Shown here: positions 49,188 to 60,006 of the stretch, piece after piece
How the letters are laid out: each line of letters begins with the position of its first letter
Numbering within the stretch: the first letter of the stretch is position 1
Source: Nitrospirota bacterium
GTDB taxonomy: Bacteria; Nitrospirota; UBA9217
Direction of reading: 5' to 3'
Assembly: GCA_963790205.1 (NCBI GenBank)
Contig: CAWBNQ010000002.1
Span: forward strand, 96,001 to 160,000
DNA length: 64,000 nucleotides
The notes under the pieces: model-generated
Database searches by the model: none
What the model was told of the DNA's origin: nothing
What the model saw: the letters and a program-made list of their open reading frames with translations, nothing else
Made by a program: the position numbers and the translations under genes

Positions 49188-49391
49188 ATGAAATGTCCTT
49201 CTATAACAGGAAAGTACAGATTAACCTGCACCGCGCATGAGAATGCGGACGTCTATGTTCCAAGTCTTTTCGAACTTGAAGAATACTGCACAAATACCCG
49301 CCACAGCAGGTGTCCGTTACGTGATCAAAAGTATGAGGGGCGGCGTCCAGGCGACGATAGGGCGCGAAACCAGAGTGTCCGCCGATGGTGA
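49188..49391 (+). CDS. Small Cys-rich protein
   Basis: MKCP...C...YVPSLFELEEYC...H..CP; GGAGGA RBS. Confidence 0.7.
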   Translation: MKCPSITGKYRLTCTAHENADVYVPSLFELEEYCTNTRHSRCPLRDQKYEGRRPGDDRARNQSVRRW

Positions 49392-49447
49392 GGTCAGACC
49401 ATGCGGGGCGACCAGGTGAAGGTCCTGATTGAAAAGGATGAGAAATA

Positions 49448-49855
49448 ATGTCCCCAGGCGGTAAAAAATGGATCCTCGTTATGGATGAGGATGTGGCCAT
49501 GAGGACCGAGATACGCCGGATGCTCGAGAAGTCCGGTTACAGCGTCTATTCGGCCGGAAGCATTGAGGACGCAGTCGAGTGTTATAAAGTGGCCCGGGTT
49601 TGCGGATATCCTTTTGCAGCCGTGATCATGGACTCGTGCGTTATCAACGCTGCGGGAGGTGGTGATGCGGTCAAGAGGCTCCGCGCTATCGACCCGGACG
49701 CAAGTGTGATCGTAGCCGGCGGGGACGGAGAACATCCGGCGACAGAGCATTTCAAAGAAGGCGGGTTCCAGGGCGTGCTGAGCAAGCCGTTCACACACGA
49801 AGAACTTGAGCGGACGCTGCACAGGGCGCTTTACAACAGCACGGAGGGCGCATGA
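49448..49855 (+). CDS. Stand-alone receiver domain protein (atypical)
   Basis: ILVMDED, VIMD and SKPF motifs. Confidence 0.82.
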   Translation: MSPGGKKWILVMDEDVAMRTEIRRMLEKSGYSVYSAGSIEDAVECYKVARVCGYPFAAVIMDSCVINAAGGGDAVKRLRAIDPDASVIVAGGDGEHPATEHFKEGGFQGVLSKPFTHEELERTLHRALYNSTEGA

Positions 49856-50232
49856 AGAACATCCTCCTTATCGACGATAGCAAGCCCATCCTGGATTCGC
49901 TTTCCGCATACTTGAGCCATTTTTTTCGGAATTGCACGGTTCGGACCGCAGAGAACGGCAGGATGGCGGTGGAAATCATGCGCTCCGTGCCTATAGACGT
50001 TATCCTGACCGACCTCGAAATGCCGTTCATGAACGGGTTCGAACTGGTGGCATATGCGAAGACGCATTACCCGGCGATACCCGTGCTCGTTATGACCGGC
50101 CGTCACAGCCCTGAAACGGAGAAAAGGGCCATGTCGATAGGCGCGTCCCGGTACATTGTAAAACCCTTTGATGTGGATGCAATCAAGAATTTGATCGCGA
50201 CCCAACTCGAACCAGGCTCTCTTGACTCATAA
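49852..50232 (+). CDS. Stand-alone receiver domain protein
   Basis: ILLIDD, TDLEMPFMNG and VKPF motifs. Confidence 0.92.
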   Translation: MKNILLIDDSKPILDSLSAYLSHFFRNCTVRTAENGRMAVEIMRSVPIDVILTDLEMPFMNGFELVAYAKTHYPAIPVLVMTGRHSPETEKRAMSIGASRYIVKPFDVDAIKNLIATQLEPGSLDS

Positions 50233-50294
50233 AAGAAATGACGCCGGACCCTTATCCGGCGCTCTGTCAGGTTTCGCCACGAAGGGGGTAGATT

Positions 50295-51251
50295 ATGAAT
50301 AGTTCGATGACAATTGACAGAGAGTGCGAAATAGAAGAGCTTCCGGACAGTAATGGTGACGTAAAGAATCGGGATGGCCGGGAGGAGGCGCGCGATGCCG
50401 AGGGAGGGCGGCCGGCCCAAACCGGGCTCGATGCAATCAAGTATTATCTCAAGGAAATACGGAAAATACCCCTTCTTACCTTCGAGCAGGAGCAGGACCT
50501 GGGAAAGAGGACGGCCCAGGGCGACCAGGAAGCCCGGGCCCGGATGATAGAATCCAACCTCCGTCTTGTTGTCGCCATCGGCAAAAAGTACATCAACAGG
50601 GGACTGCAGTTTTCGGACATCATCGAAGAAGGCAACCTCGGCCTGATCAGGGCCGTGGAAAAATTCCAGTATGAACGGGGATTTAAATTCAGCACGTATG
50701 CTTCCTGGTGGATCAGGCAGGCCATCGAGCGGGCGATCGTCAACCAGTCAAGGACCATCCGCCTCCCGGTCCATATTGCCGAGATCGTCCACGCCTATAT
50801 GCGCGCCGTACGGCAGCTGACGCAGGAACTCGGGCGTGAACCCCATATCGAAGAGATCGCTGAAAAAATAGGATCGCCCATCGAAAAGGTGAGGGGCATT
50901 TCTCAGGTCGTACGAGAGACCTATTCCCTGGACATGCTCGTCGGGGACCAGGAGGAAGACACTCTCAAAGAAGTGCTTCAGGACACGAAAGCCGTCTCGC
51001 CGGCCAGTTTTTCCGATGACATCAGCAGGAAGAAACAGATCAATACATGGCTGGCGCAGCTTTCGGTGAGCGAGCACAAGGTCATCGAGATGCGGTTCGG
51101 CCTGACAGGCGGCGATGCCCAGACCCTGGACAGTATCGGGAAGGAATTCGGGATCACCAGGGAACGGGTAAGACAGATCGAGGTCCAAGCGCTTAGGAAA
51201 TTGAGGGCTATCACGAAACTCAAGAAAATCAGCCTCGAAGTCATGCTGTGA
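50295..51251 (+). CDS. RpoS/RpoD-like sigma-70 factor (paralog 1)
   Basis: [30 protein letters not shown] and TRERVRQIE motifs; lacks region 1.1. Confidence 0.93.
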   Translation: MNSSMTIDRECEIEELPDSNGDVKNRDGREEARDAEGGRPAQTGLDAIKYYLKEIRKIPLLTFEQEQDLGKRTAQGDQEARARMIESNLRLVVAIGKKYINRGLQFSDIIEEGNLGLIRAVEKFQYERGFKFSTYASWWIRQAIERAIVNQSRTIRLPVHIAEIVHAYMRAVRQLTQELGREPHIEEIAEKIGSPIEKVRGISQVVRETYSLDMLVGDQEEDTLKEVLQDTKAVSPASFSDDISRKKQINTWLAQLSVSEHKVIEMRFGLTGGDAQTLDSIGKEFGITRERVRQIEVQALRKLRAITKLKKISLEVML

Positions 51252-51406
51252 GGCCTGAGCGGGTCTTCCCTCGCGAGCGGACAGACGGACAGCGCGTCCA
51301 CGACAGATCAAGACCGGGTTTTTGGTCTTGATTTTTTTTTGTTTAGTGATATAGTTTTCCCTGCGCTCCGCCCCCCCTTGACATCTCTATCTTTTAGAGG
51401 GAACCA

Positions 51407-52768
51407 TTGAGTCCTGAACCGGCCAAAATAAAGAACATTCTTGTTATCGACGATGATAGGATTTACGGTGACACGGTTAAAGACTACTTCGCACGGGATT
51501 CGATGCGGGTGTTCGTCACCCATACGGCGAAGGAAGGGCTGGAAACCTGTTCCCGGGAGCGGATCGATGTGGTCCTCCTCGACCAGCAGCTCCCTGATGC
51601 TGAGGGGTATACCCTCTGCCCCGCCATCCTCAAGCACAACGAAGCAACCAAGATCATCTTCGCGACCGCGTATCCGAGCTTCGAGAACGCGGTCAAGGCG
51701 CTCAAGGCTGGCGCCCATGATTATCTTACCAAGCCGTTCGGGCTCGAGGAGCTGGGGCTGACCGTGGAGCGGGCCATCAGGACCGCGGAGCTCGAAGGGA
51801 TCGAGCAGATCCAAGCCTATCAGCGGGAAAAGGAAAGCGAGGAGGCGGCCCTCGTCGTCGGCGCCGGGCTGGCCGAAGTCGAACGACTCGCGGGGCTTGC
51901 GGCCGCAGCCGATTCGCCGGTGCTCATAACCGGGGAGACGGGGACGGGCAAGACGCTGGTCGCGAAAGCGATCCATTACCGGAGCGGGATTGCCGGCGCC
52001 CCCTTTGTCGGGATCAACTGTGCCGCCCTGCCGGAAAATCTTATCGAGGCCGAACTGTTCGGATACGACAAAGGCGCCTATACCGGTGCGGTGGCCGCGA
52101 GGAAGGGCATCTTCGAAATGGCTGAGGGCGGGACCTTGTTTCTCGATGAAATCGGGGAGATGCCCCTGGCATTGCAGTCAAAACTGCTGAGCGTCCTCGA
52201 AGACAAAACCGTAAGGCGGCTCGGCAGTGAATCCTTTCGCCGCGTCAATGTCCGCATCATTGCCGCCACAGGCATTGACCTGAAGCGGACGCTGGGCGCT
52301 GCCTTCAGAAAAGACCTCTATTATCGCCTGAGCGTGATCCGGATCCATCTGCCGCCTCTGCGGGAGCGGCGTCAGGATATACCGGAACTCTGCAGCTATC
52401 TGCTCAAGCACATGGGGTACCGCCCTGCCGATCTTTCCGAAGCCGAACAGACAACCTTGATGAAGTATGATTGGCCGGGAAACGTCCGGGAACTCAAGAA
52501 CATCCTGGAGCGGGCGCTCCTTCTTCAGCACGGATCGGAGTTGAGGCCGTCCCTGCTCCTTGAAACAACGCTCGGCATCGCGCCGACCGCGCCCGCTTGT
52601 CCACCCCCGCTTGCCGGCGACGACATGGCCACCCTCGCTGAGATGGAAGAACGCCATATCCGGCGGACGCTCGATAAACTCAGGGGCAACCTCACCCAGA
52701 CGGCCAGGGCGCTCGACATTTCTCTTTCGACGCTCAAGAGAAAGATCAAGGAATACGGATTAAAATGA
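51407..52768 (+). CDS. Sigma-54-dependent response regulator (NtrC family)
   Basis: REC domain, GETGTGKT, ELFGYDKGAYTGA, WPGNVREL and a Fis-type HTH. Confidence 0.95.
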   Translation: MSPEPAKIKNILVIDDDRIYGDTVKDYFARDSMRVFVTHTAKEGLETCSRERIDVVLLDQQLPDAEGYTLCPAILKHNEATKIIFATAYPSFENAVKALKAGAHDYLTKPFGLEELGLTVERAIRTAELEGIEQIQAYQREKESEEAALVVGAGLAEVERLAGLAAAADSPVLITGETGTGKTLVAKAIHYRSGIAGAPFVGINCAALPENLIEAELFGYDKGAYTGAVAARKGIFEMAEGGTLFLDEIGEMPLALQSKLLSVLEDKTVRRLGSESFRRVNVRIIAATGIDLKRTLGAAFRKDLYYRLSVIRIHLPPLRERRQDIPELCSYLLKHMGYRPADLSEAEQTTLMKYDWPGNVRELKNILERALLLQHGSELRPSLLLETTLGIAPTAPACPPPLAGDDMATLAEMEERHIRRTLDKLRGNLTQTARALDISLSTLKRKIKEYGLK

Positions 52769-52802
52769 ACTGCCGGCTCAAAATGAACCGCTCAAATTGA
52801 GT
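52761..52802 (+). promoter_or_regulatory. Candidate enhancer (UAS) palindromes for the sigma-54 activator
   Basis: GGCTCAAAATGAACC and GCTCAAATTGAGT imperfect palindromes plus an AAAATGAAC half-site, ~100 bp upstream of the -24 box. Confidence 0.55.
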
Positions 52803-52887
52803 TTACTTCGTTATAGAACAAAAGGTTTCTTCCTGAAAAACACTCCAACCCCCTGATTCTGCTGGCTCCTTTGCCGGACGTGCGTCC

Positions 52888-52902
52888 TGGCATCTTCCTT
52901 GC
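52888..52902 (+). promoter_or_regulatory. Sigma-54 (-24/-12) promoter
   Basis: TGGCAT-CTTCC-TTGC matches TGGCAC-N5-TTGC. Confidence 0.75.
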
Positions 52903-52919
52903 TTTAACAATAAGCATTT

Positions 52920-53282
52920 ATGAAAAATATTCTTCTCATCGATGATGACCTCGGCTTTCTTAAGACCCTTGAAGAAGAATTAAGCGACTACAGCGAAGGC
53001 TGGAATATTCTGACTGCGAAGAACGGAAAGCAGGGCATCGATCTCATTGCTTCTCATTCGGTTGACCTCGTCGTGACGGACCTCAGGATGCCGGTAATGG
53101 ACGGCTACGAGCTGCTGGCCTGCCTCAGGGAAAAAAGGCCAAGTATACCGATCATCGTCATGACGGCTGACGATAGTCGCGAGGCCGGCCAGAGGCTGCG
53201 CTCGTTTGGCGTCGGGCAGTGTATCAGCAAACCGTGTCAATTTTCCGAAATAGTGCGCGCCATCTCAAGCCGGATCTCATGA
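52920..53282 (+). CDS. Stand-alone receiver domain protein
   Basis: ILLIDDD, TDLRMPVMDG and SKP motifs. Confidence 0.92.
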   Translation: MKNILLIDDDLGFLKTLEEELSDYSEGWNILTAKNGKQGIDLIASHSVDLVVTDLRMPVMDGYELLACLREKRPSIPIIVMTADDSREAGQRLRSFGVGQCISKPCQFSEIVRAISSRIS

Positions 53283-53397
53283 TGGACCGGTTTTAGGACC
53301 GTGCATGAAATGATGATGTTCCTTTTAATGAACGCCGGCGCACACCGCTGACCGGTGGCGGTTTTTACGGTGTTCGTCGATTCAGGAGGAGGCCTCT

Positions 53398-54405
53398 ATG
53401 AACGAATGGCTGAAGCCGGTTGAGGGCCTGATGGTTGCGGACCGCTACGAACGTGACGTTGAAGCCGAAGCGATTTATCCCGCCGAGCGAGCGTATAATA
53501 ATGCCGAAGAACGCGAGGAGCAGCGGGATGAAGAGGCCGGAGGCCGCGCCCGGGGAACAGGGGGGCAGAAGAGCGCTCCCGCTGATTCCTTAAAGTATTA
53601 TCTCAAGGACATACGGAAGTCCCCGCTCCTCTCGTTTGCCGAGGAGCAGGAACTTGGCAAACGTACGGCAGCAGGCGACCCGGAGGCGCGGGCGAAGATG
53701 ATAGAGTCCAACCTGCGCCTGGTCGTGGCCATTGCAAAAAAGTACGTAAACCGCGGCCTGTCCTTTTCCGACGTCATCGCAGAAGGCAACCTCGGCCTTA
53801 TCCGGGCCGTTGAGAAGTTCGATTATCGCAAGGGGTTCAAATTCAGTACGTACGCTTCCTGGTGGATCAGGCAGTTCATCGAGCGGGCTTTTGTCAACCA
53901 GCTGAGCACCATCCGCCTGCCGGTACACGTTGCGGAGGTCGTCAATCACTACAGGCGCACGACGACATTCCTGACGCGGGAACTGGAAAGGGAACCGACC
54001 ATGGACGAAATCGCGAAGCAGATGAAGATAAGCCTTGAAAAGGCGCGAGGCATCTCTCAGGTGGTGCGCGAGACCGTGTCCCTTGACACCATCATCGGCG
54101 AAAAAGACGAAGATACCCTTAAAGACGTACTGAAGGACGGCGACGCGGTCGCGCCTGACATTCATTCCGAGAGCATCCGCCGGCGCGAGCATGTCGAGAG
54201 ATGGCTGTCGAAGCTTACCGAGAGCGAGCGCCAGGTGATCGAGCAGCGGTTCGGGTTGAATGACGGGGAGCCGATGACCCTCGATAAGATCGGCCGGCGG
54301 TGCAAGATCACGCGAGAGCGGGTCAGGCAGATCGAGAGCAAGGCGCTGAACAAATTGCGAAATATCACCAGGGAAGAGAACCTTGCGCTTGACCTGGTGC
54401 TGTAA
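53398..54405 (+). CDS. RpoS/RpoD-like sigma-70 factor (paralog 2)
   Basis: Same region 2-4 motifs as paralog 1; GGAGGAGG RBS. Confidence 0.93.
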   Translation: MNEWLKPVEGLMVADRYERDVEAEAIYPAERAYNNAEEREEQRDEEAGGRARGTGGQKSAPADSLKYYLKDIRKSPLLSFAEEQELGKRTAAGDPEARAKMIESNLRLVVAIAKKYVNRGLSFSDVIAEGNLGLIRAVEKFDYRKGFKFSTYASWWIRQFIERAFVNQLSTIRLPVHVAEVVNHYRRTTTFLTRELEREPTMDEIAKQMKISLEKARGISQVVRETVSLDTIIGEKDEDTLKDVLKDGDAVAPDIHSESIRRREHVERWLSKLTESERQVIEQRFGLNDGEPMTLDKIGRRCKITRERVRQIESKALNKLRNITREENLALDLVL

Positions 54406-54709
54406 TGTGACGAGACGGCCCGGCCTCCCTGCTTACAGCTGAGAATGCCTATGCGCGGCCCCAGCAGAGAGCGCGGGAGCAGTACGACCCGCGCATCCAC
54501 TCACATCCAGATGACCCTCCCGCGTCATGCAGCTCACCTTGACTTCACCCCGGCTTATGCTATTCTTTTATAAGAAGGTTTTGATGCGTTCGGAACGATA
54601 ATGCATCAGGAAACGCGCGAGAATCTGCCGGGGCTTCTCTTTTTTCGCACGGTGTCCTTGCACCGGCAAGCGTGATACTTTTTACAGCAGCGAGGAAGGG
54701 AGGAAAACC

Positions 54710-54916
54710 ATGAAGAAAAACGTCGGAGGCATCGACAGCATCATCCGGACCGCATTGGGAGCGGTCGCAGCGCTTGCGGGGTTTTTCGCACCCATGAGCA
54801 TGGGACTGCGGATCGTCGCATTTGTGATCGCCGTTATCCTTCTCTTCACGGGGATCTACGGTTTTTGTCCGATCTGGTTCGCGCTCGGGATCAACACAAA
54901 AGAGAAAAAAACATGA
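54710..54916 (+). CDS. DUF2892 (YgaP-like) membrane protein
   Basis: MKKNVGGID..IR...TG..GFCP....GINT. Confidence 0.88.
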   Translation: MKKNVGGIDSIIRTALGAVAALAGFFAPMSMGLRIVAFVIAVILLFTGIYGFCPIWFALGINTKEKKT

Positions 54917-55001
54917 CAAGACCCGGATGCGCGCAGTACCGCGGTCGTCAGGAGCATTACGCCCGAGGACGAGTTCACATTGAAGGCGGAACGTACACAG
55001 C

Positions 55002-55457
55002 ATGATGATAGCGATCGGAGCGGACCACGGCGGCTACTACCTGAAGAACGTGCTCGTCAACTACTTGTACCAGCTGGGGCATACGGTAAACGACTTCGGC
55101 ACGTACGGCGAGGAAGCGGTTGATTATCCCGATTATGCCCGCTCCGTGGCCGGAGCCGTGCTCGACGGCAAGGCCGAGCGGGGCATCCTGATCTGCGGCA
55201 GCGGGGTGGGCGCCGGCGTGGCCGCGAACAAGTTCCCGGGCGTCCGGGCGGCGGTCTGCCACGATACGTTCTCGGCGCATCAGGGGGTGGAGGACGACAA
55301 CATGAACGTTCTCTGTCTCGGGGCGCGTGTTGTGGGGACGGAACTCGCAAAGGAAATCGTCCGCACGTTTTTGCGCGCGTCATTCTCACAAGCCGAGCGA
55401 CATGTAAGGCGATTGGGAAAGGTTTCAGATATCGAGAGGGAGTTCATGAAAAAATAG
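55002..55457 (+). CDS. rpiB: Ribose-5-phosphate isomerase B
   Basis: GADHGG, DYPD, ICGSGVG and NVLCLGAR motifs. Confidence 0.95.
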   Translation: MMIAIGADHGGYYLKNVLVNYLYQLGHTVNDFGTYGEEAVDYPDYARSVAGAVLDGKAERGILICGSGVGAGVAANKFPGVRAAVCHDTFSAHQGVEDDNMNVLCLGARVVGTELAKEIVRTFLRASFSQAERHVRRLGKVSDIEREFMKK

Positions 55458-55639
55458 GAGTCTACGCCGTTCAGCCACTTCACTTCGGCGCAAGGAGCAT
55501 CAGGCTGTTTTGCGCCGTCTTTAAACGCATAAGCGCATTAACCTGCAGCATTTTGCCATGCACGAGTTGTTTTGGCCGGAGTTCATTCATTAACCCGAGT
55601 CTCGACCGGGAACTCGAAACTTCCGAAGGAGATGTCGCT

Positions 55640-56551
55640 ATGAAACTCGGTTACATCGGCTTGGGCAAGATGGGCTACAATATGGTCGAATTGCTCCTCG
55701 ACAAGGGGCACCAGGTCGTTGCCTACAACAGGACCTCAGTGTCCGTTCAAAAGATCGCGCAGCGCGGGGCGCAGCCCGCAGACTCGATCAGCGCTCTCGT
55801 GGCAGCGCTGACGCCGCCTCGGCTTGTCTGGCTCATGGTTCCCCATCAGGCAGTCGACGATGTCCTTAAGGATATCGTACCGCTCCTCACGAAGAATGAT
55901 GTCGTGATCGACGGCGGGAACTCGCCGTATAAGGAATCGATTCGGCGCGCTGCGGAGCTGAAAAAGAAGGGCATAGATTTCATTGATGCGGGTACCAGCG
56001 GGGGGCCGGGCGGCGCGCGCACCGGAGCGTGCATCATGGTCGGCGGCAACAAGGAAGTGTTCCTGAAGTATGAGCAGCTCTTTCGTGATTTATCCGCCGA
56101 GAACGGGTACGCGTACCTGGGAAAGTCCGGCGCAGGCCATTTTGTGAAGATGGTCCACAACGGCATAGAGTACGGTATGATGCAGGCCCTGGCCGAAGGG
56201 TTTTCGGTCATGAAGGCGTCGTCCTATGACCTGGACATGGTAGAGGTTGCCGACCTCTATAATCACCGAAGCGTTATCGAATCACGGCTGGTAAGCTGGC
56301 TCAAGGCCGCTTTTGAGCAGTACGGCACGGAATTGAAGGGTATCTCCGGCTCCGCTGCGCAGAGCGGCGAAGGGATGTGGACCATCGAGGCCGCAAAAGA
56401 GCTCGGTATCCCGGTGCCGGTCATCGAGGGGGCGCTTGAGTTCCGTCTTGCGTCGCAGAAAAACCCGAGTTATGCCGGACAGGTCGTCTCGGCCCTCCGG
56501 CACCAGTTCGGCGGCCACGAGGTGATGACGGAAGTAAGAAGTAAGAAGTAA
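55640..56551 (+). CDS. gnd: 6-phosphogluconate dehydrogenase (decarboxylating, short form)
   Basis: GLGKMG, DGGNS, KMVHNGIEYG and LRHQFGGH motifs. Confidence 0.95.
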   Translation: MKLGYIGLGKMGYNMVELLLDKGHQVVAYNRTSVSVQKIAQRGAQPADSISALVAALTPPRLVWLMVPHQAVDDVLKDIVPLLTKNDVVIDGGNSPYKESIRRAAELKKKGIDFIDAGTSGGPGGARTGACIMVGGNKEVFLKYEQLFRDLSAENGYAYLGKSGAGHFVKMVHNGIEYGMMQALAEGFSVMKASSYDLDMVEVADLYNHRSVIESRLVSWLKAAFEQYGTELKGISGSAAQSGEGMWTIEAAKELGIPVPVIEGALEFRLASQKNPSYAGQVVSALRHQFGGHEVMTEVRSKK

Positions 56552-56558
56552 GAAGGTG

Positions 56559-57446
56559 ATGATGAGACCTCAAAACCTGAAGACGCGAATATTCCTTGAC
56601 GGCGGGAACACCGACGAGACGAGGGAAATCATTAAACTACTCGGCTTTCTCGACGGCCAGACCACGAACCCCACGCTTATCTCAAAAAATCCCGAGGCCC
56701 ACAGACGGCTCGAAAGCGGCGAGAAATTCAGCACGGACGAGATATACGATTTTTACCGCGGCGTGGTCAAGACCCTTTCCGGGTTGATCCCGCTGGGATC
56801 GGTTTCCATTGAAGTGTATGCCGATGCCGCGACGAAAGCAGGTTCCATGCTGAAGCAGGGCCATGAGATGTTCTCCTGGATCCCCAACGCGCATATAAAA
56901 TTCCCCACATCGCGGGAAGGACTCAAAGCGGCGGCACAGGCCATACAAGAAGGTCTTCGCGTGAACATGACCCTCTGCTTCTCCCAGGAGCAGGCCGCGG
57001 CCGTGCATGCGGCGACGCAGGGTGCAAAGAAGGGGGAGGTATTCGTTTCGCCTTTCATCGGCAGGCTTGACGACCGCGGTGAAAACGGCATGGATGTGAT
57101 CGCCAACATCATCAGGATGTACCGGAAAGGCGACGGGCATGTGGAGGTCCTGACCGCGAGCGTGAGGAACCGCGACCACTTTCTGTATGCGCTCAAGCTC
57201 GGCTCGGACATCATTACCGCGCCGTATGAAGTATTAAAAGCCTGGGGAGAACAGGGGATGCCGGTGCCCGGGAATGATTATCGCTATGACGCAAAGTCGC
57301 TGAAGCCTATAGCCTATAGGGAGCTTGATCTCAACAGCAGCTGGGAAGAGCTCGACATTCGTCACGAACTGACGGAAACGGGCATGGAACGATTCTCTGC
57401 GGACTGGAACGCCTTGATTAAAACGGAAAAAAGGAAGATAGCCTAA
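56559..57446 (+). CDS. tal: Transaldolase family protein
   Basis: FLDG, TTNPTL, IKFP, NMTLCFS, SPFIGRLDD and ASVR motifs. Confidence 0.88.
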   Translation: MMRPQNLKTRIFLDGGNTDETREIIKLLGFLDGQTTNPTLISKNPEAHRRLESGEKFSTDEIYDFYRGVVKTLSGLIPLGSVSIEVYADAATKAGSMLKQGHEMFSWIPNAHIKFPTSREGLKAAAQAIQEGLRVNMTLCFSQEQAAAVHAATQGAKKGEVFVSPFIGRLDDRGENGMDVIANIIRMYRKGDGHVEVLTASVRNRDHFLYALKLGSDIITAPYEVLKAWGEQGMPVPGNDYRYDAKSLKPIAYRELDLNSSWEELDIRHELTETGMERFSADWNALIKTEKRKIA

Positions 57447-57449
57447 CCT

Positions 57450-59018
57450 ATGGATGCTCCCCTTGCTCAAGAGAAAATAACGCAGACGGAAACGATCCTG
57501 GCGCCGGAGTACCGGACCATTGAGAACTGCGAGATCGAAGTGCCGCGGGCGGCCGCCCTGATCATCTTCGGCGCATCAGGCGACCTTGCGCATCGAAAGC
57601 TCCTCCCCTCGCTGTACCGTCTTTTTAAAAACCGGATGCTCACCGAGGAGTTTTTTATCCTCGGGACGAGCCGGATCGAGATGACCACGGAGCAGTTTCG
57701 CGCGTCCATGCTCGAATCGGTCAAGGAAGCGCATCCGAACGAGTTCGACCAGCCGGTCTGGGACGCGCTCGCAGCCAGAATCTACTACTCCACCTTCGAT
57801 TACGGCGCCCCGGAGTCTTACGCCGTCAAACTCAAAGACATCCTGCCCAAACTCGAGAACAAACATCGGACCAGAGGGAACCGCATATATTACCTGGCCA
57901 TACCGCCTACGGTCTTTGAAGAGGTCATTCATAACCTGGGAGCCGCGGGCCTGTCGCGCGAGGACAACGGTTGCAGCCACGTCGTGATCGAAAAGCCTTT
58001 CGGCAGCGATCTTGCCACGGCCCGGAAGCTGAACAGGCTGGTACATACCTATTATAAGGAGAGCCAGATCTTTCGCATCGACCACTACCTGGCCAAGGAG
58101 ACGGTGCAGAACATTCTTATGTTCCGTTTCGCCAACTCCATCTTCGAGCCGCTCTGGAACAGGCGCTACGTGGACCATGTGCAGATCACCGCGGCCGAGA
58201 CCCTCGGCGTGGAGCACCGGGCCGGTTACTACGAAACAGCGGGCGTGCTCCGCGACATGTTCCAAAACCACATGTTTCAACTCCTGTCCCTTACGGCCAT
58301 GGAGCCGCCCGCGGCGTTCATCGCCGACCGGGTGAGGGACGAGAAGGCAAAGGTCCTTCGTTCCGTGCGGAGGTTGTCCTCCGAAACGCTAGCTGACCAT
58401 CTGGTAGTCGGCCAGTACGCGCGGGGGACCATCGACGGGCGGGAAGTCCGAGGATACCGGGAAGAGGAGGGGGTCGATCAACGCTCGACGACGCCGACCT
58501 TCGCCGCAATGAAACTCTTCATCGACAACTGGCGCTGGCAGGGCGTTCCTTTCTACCTCCGTTCCGGCAAGTGTCTTGCCAGCAGGCAGACCGAGATCTC
58601 AATTCATTTCAGGCAGGTGCCGCACTCCCTGTTTCCTGATTCCGTCGGGGACCCGATCGAGGCGAACACCCTCGTATTGAAGATCCAGCCCGGCGAAGGC
58701 ATGGGCCTCATGTTCCAGACCAAGGAGCCGGGAACAAAGATCTGTCTGAACCCCGTGGAGATGACCTATTCCTACCCCCGCGGGGTATCGCTCGATGCCT
58801 ACGAATGGGTCCTGCTCGAATGCATGCTCGGCGATCAAATGCTGTTTATGCGGGAGGACAGTGTTGAGCTTGCGTGGTCCGTGCTGACCCCGGTCCTCGA
58901 TGCTTTGGAAACGGGCGTGCGCGCGCCGATCGCGCCCTACGCAGCGGGGTCGGCCGCGGGGCCCGCTGAGGCCGTGCGCCTGATAGAAAAGGATGGCCGC
59001 GCATGGAGGCCGTTGTGA
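57450..59018 (+). CDS. zwf: Glucose-6-phosphate 1-dehydrogenase
   Basis: [21 protein letters not shown] and [14 protein letters not shown] motifs. Confidence 0.96.
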   Translation: MDAPLAQEKITQTETILAPEYRTIENCEIEVPRAAALIIFGASGDLAHRKLLPSLYRLFKNRMLTEEFFILGTSRIEMTTEQFRASMLESVKEAHPNEFDQPVWDALAARIYYSTFDYGAPESYAVKLKDILPKLENKHRTRGNRIYYLAIPPTVFEEVIHNLGAAGLSREDNGCSHVVIEKPFGSDLATARKLNRLVHTYYKESQIFRIDHYLAKETVQNILMFRFANSIFEPLWNRRYVDHVQITAAETLGVEHRAGYYETAGVLRDMFQNHMFQLLSLTAMEPPAAFIADRVRDEKAKVLRSVRRLSSETLADHLVVGQYARGTIDGREVRGYREEEGVDQRSTTPTFAAMKLFIDNWRWQGVPFYLRSGKCLASRQTEISIHFRQVPHSLFPDSVGDPIEANTLVLKIQPGEGMGLMFQTKEPGTKICLNPVEMTYSYPRGVSLDAYEWVLLECMLGDQMLFMREDSVELAWSVLTPVLDALETGVRAPIAPYAAGSAAGPAEAVRLIEKDGRAWRPL

Positions 59019-59770
59019 CCGGCAAACCGGACGAGCGCGTCCAGGTCTTTCAGGACCTGGAGGCGTTGAGCCATGCGGCCGCCGAATTATTTACTACCCG
59101 TGCAAAGCGACGTGTTGCCGCACAGGGCAGATTTACCGTCGCTCTCTCAGGCGGCGCCACGCCCCGCCGTCTGTACACGCTCCTCGGTTCAACTCCCTAT
59201 CGTGAAAACGTTGAATGGAAACAAGCGCATGTTTTCTGGGCCGATGAACGATGCGTACCCGGAGACCATCCCGAGAGCAACTTCAAGCTTGCCGTTGATG
59301 CGTTCCTTTCCAGCGTCGCCATGCCGAAAGAGAACATTCACCGGATCAAGGGAGAAGAGGGTCCCGGGCGCGCTGCCCAGGACTATGAACAGGATATCCG
59401 CTCGTTTTTCGGGCCGGCCTTGTTTCCGCTTTTCGACCTCATTATTCTCGGCGCAGGCGAGGACGGTCATACGGCGTCGCTCTTCCCGGATTCAGCCTCC
59501 CTGCGCGAAAGGACGCGGCTTGCCCTGCCTGTGTATCTTGAACCCCCGAAGCTCAACCGGGTGACGCTCACGCTCCCAGTGCTGAATCATGCTGCTGAGG
59601 TACTCTTTCTTGCTTCGGGACGCGCCAAGGCCGGGGTCGTGCAGGCGATCGTAGAAAAGGGGAACCCGATGCGCTACCCGGCCGGACTGGTTCAGCCGGT
59701 GCAAGGCAGTATTACCTGGTTCATTGACAGGCAGGCCGCAGACTTATTGGCGGATCATGGCCATACGTAA
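59015..59770 (+). CDS. pgl: 6-phosphogluconolactonase
   Basis: [18 protein letters not shown] and [11 protein letters not shown] motifs. Confidence 0.94.
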   Translation: MTGKPDERVQVFQDLEALSHAAAELFTTRAKRRVAAQGRFTVALSGGATPRRLYTLLGSTPYRENVEWKQAHVFWADERCVPGDHPESNFKLAVDAFLSSVAMPKENIHRIKGEEGPGRAAQDYEQDIRSFFGPALFPLFDLIILGAGEDGHTASLFPDSASLRERTRLALPVYLEPPKLNRVTLTLPVLNHAAEVLFLASGRAKAGVVQAIVEKGNPMRYPAGLVQPVQGSITWFIDRQAADLLADHGHT

Positions 59771-59867
59771 GTATTCCATTGGCTGTAACCGGTTGGTCGA
59801 GGGACCGCAAGCCTTGTTTTTGTGGTATGATTACACTTATCCTGATCAGAGAGGAGGTGAAAACAGG

Positions 59868-59990
59868 ATGAAGAAGTCAGTGAGCAGGGACGCTCTCGTC
59901 AAAGAGGCTGCCTACTGGATGGCCATGAAGCAATCGGCGAAGCAGAATCCTGGTACGGTATGCCGCAAATGAAAGGGTTGAAAGAGCTAA
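59868..59990 (+). CDS. Putative selenocysteine-containing RiPP precursor, 40 aa, ending CRK-U-KG-U-KS
   Basis: Strong GAGGAGGTG RBS; in-frame TGA at 59970 and 59979 in register with a Cys codon; TAA at 59988; SECIS-like hairpin follows; radical SAM/SPASM gene downstream. Confidence 0.7.
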
Positions 59991-60006
59991 GTTGCTGGTC
60001 AGCAAC
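59991..60006 (+). promoter_or_regulatory. Bacterial SECIS-like hairpin
   Basis: GTTGCT-GGTC-AGCAAC perfect 6-bp stem with a GGUC loop, like the E. coli fdhF SelB-binding minihelix. Confidence 0.6.

Noticed and set aside
59724..59867. 82-aa N-terminally extended version of the peptide ORF given in the ORF track
   Set aside because: It overlaps pgl and the promoter region; the strong RBS supports the ATG at 59868.
59970..59981. Genome-wide TGA reassignment (code 4 or 25) as the explanation for the in-frame TGAs
   Set aside because: Many conserved genes here end at TGA at their expected C-termini (e.g. tolB, pilQ, dnaJ).
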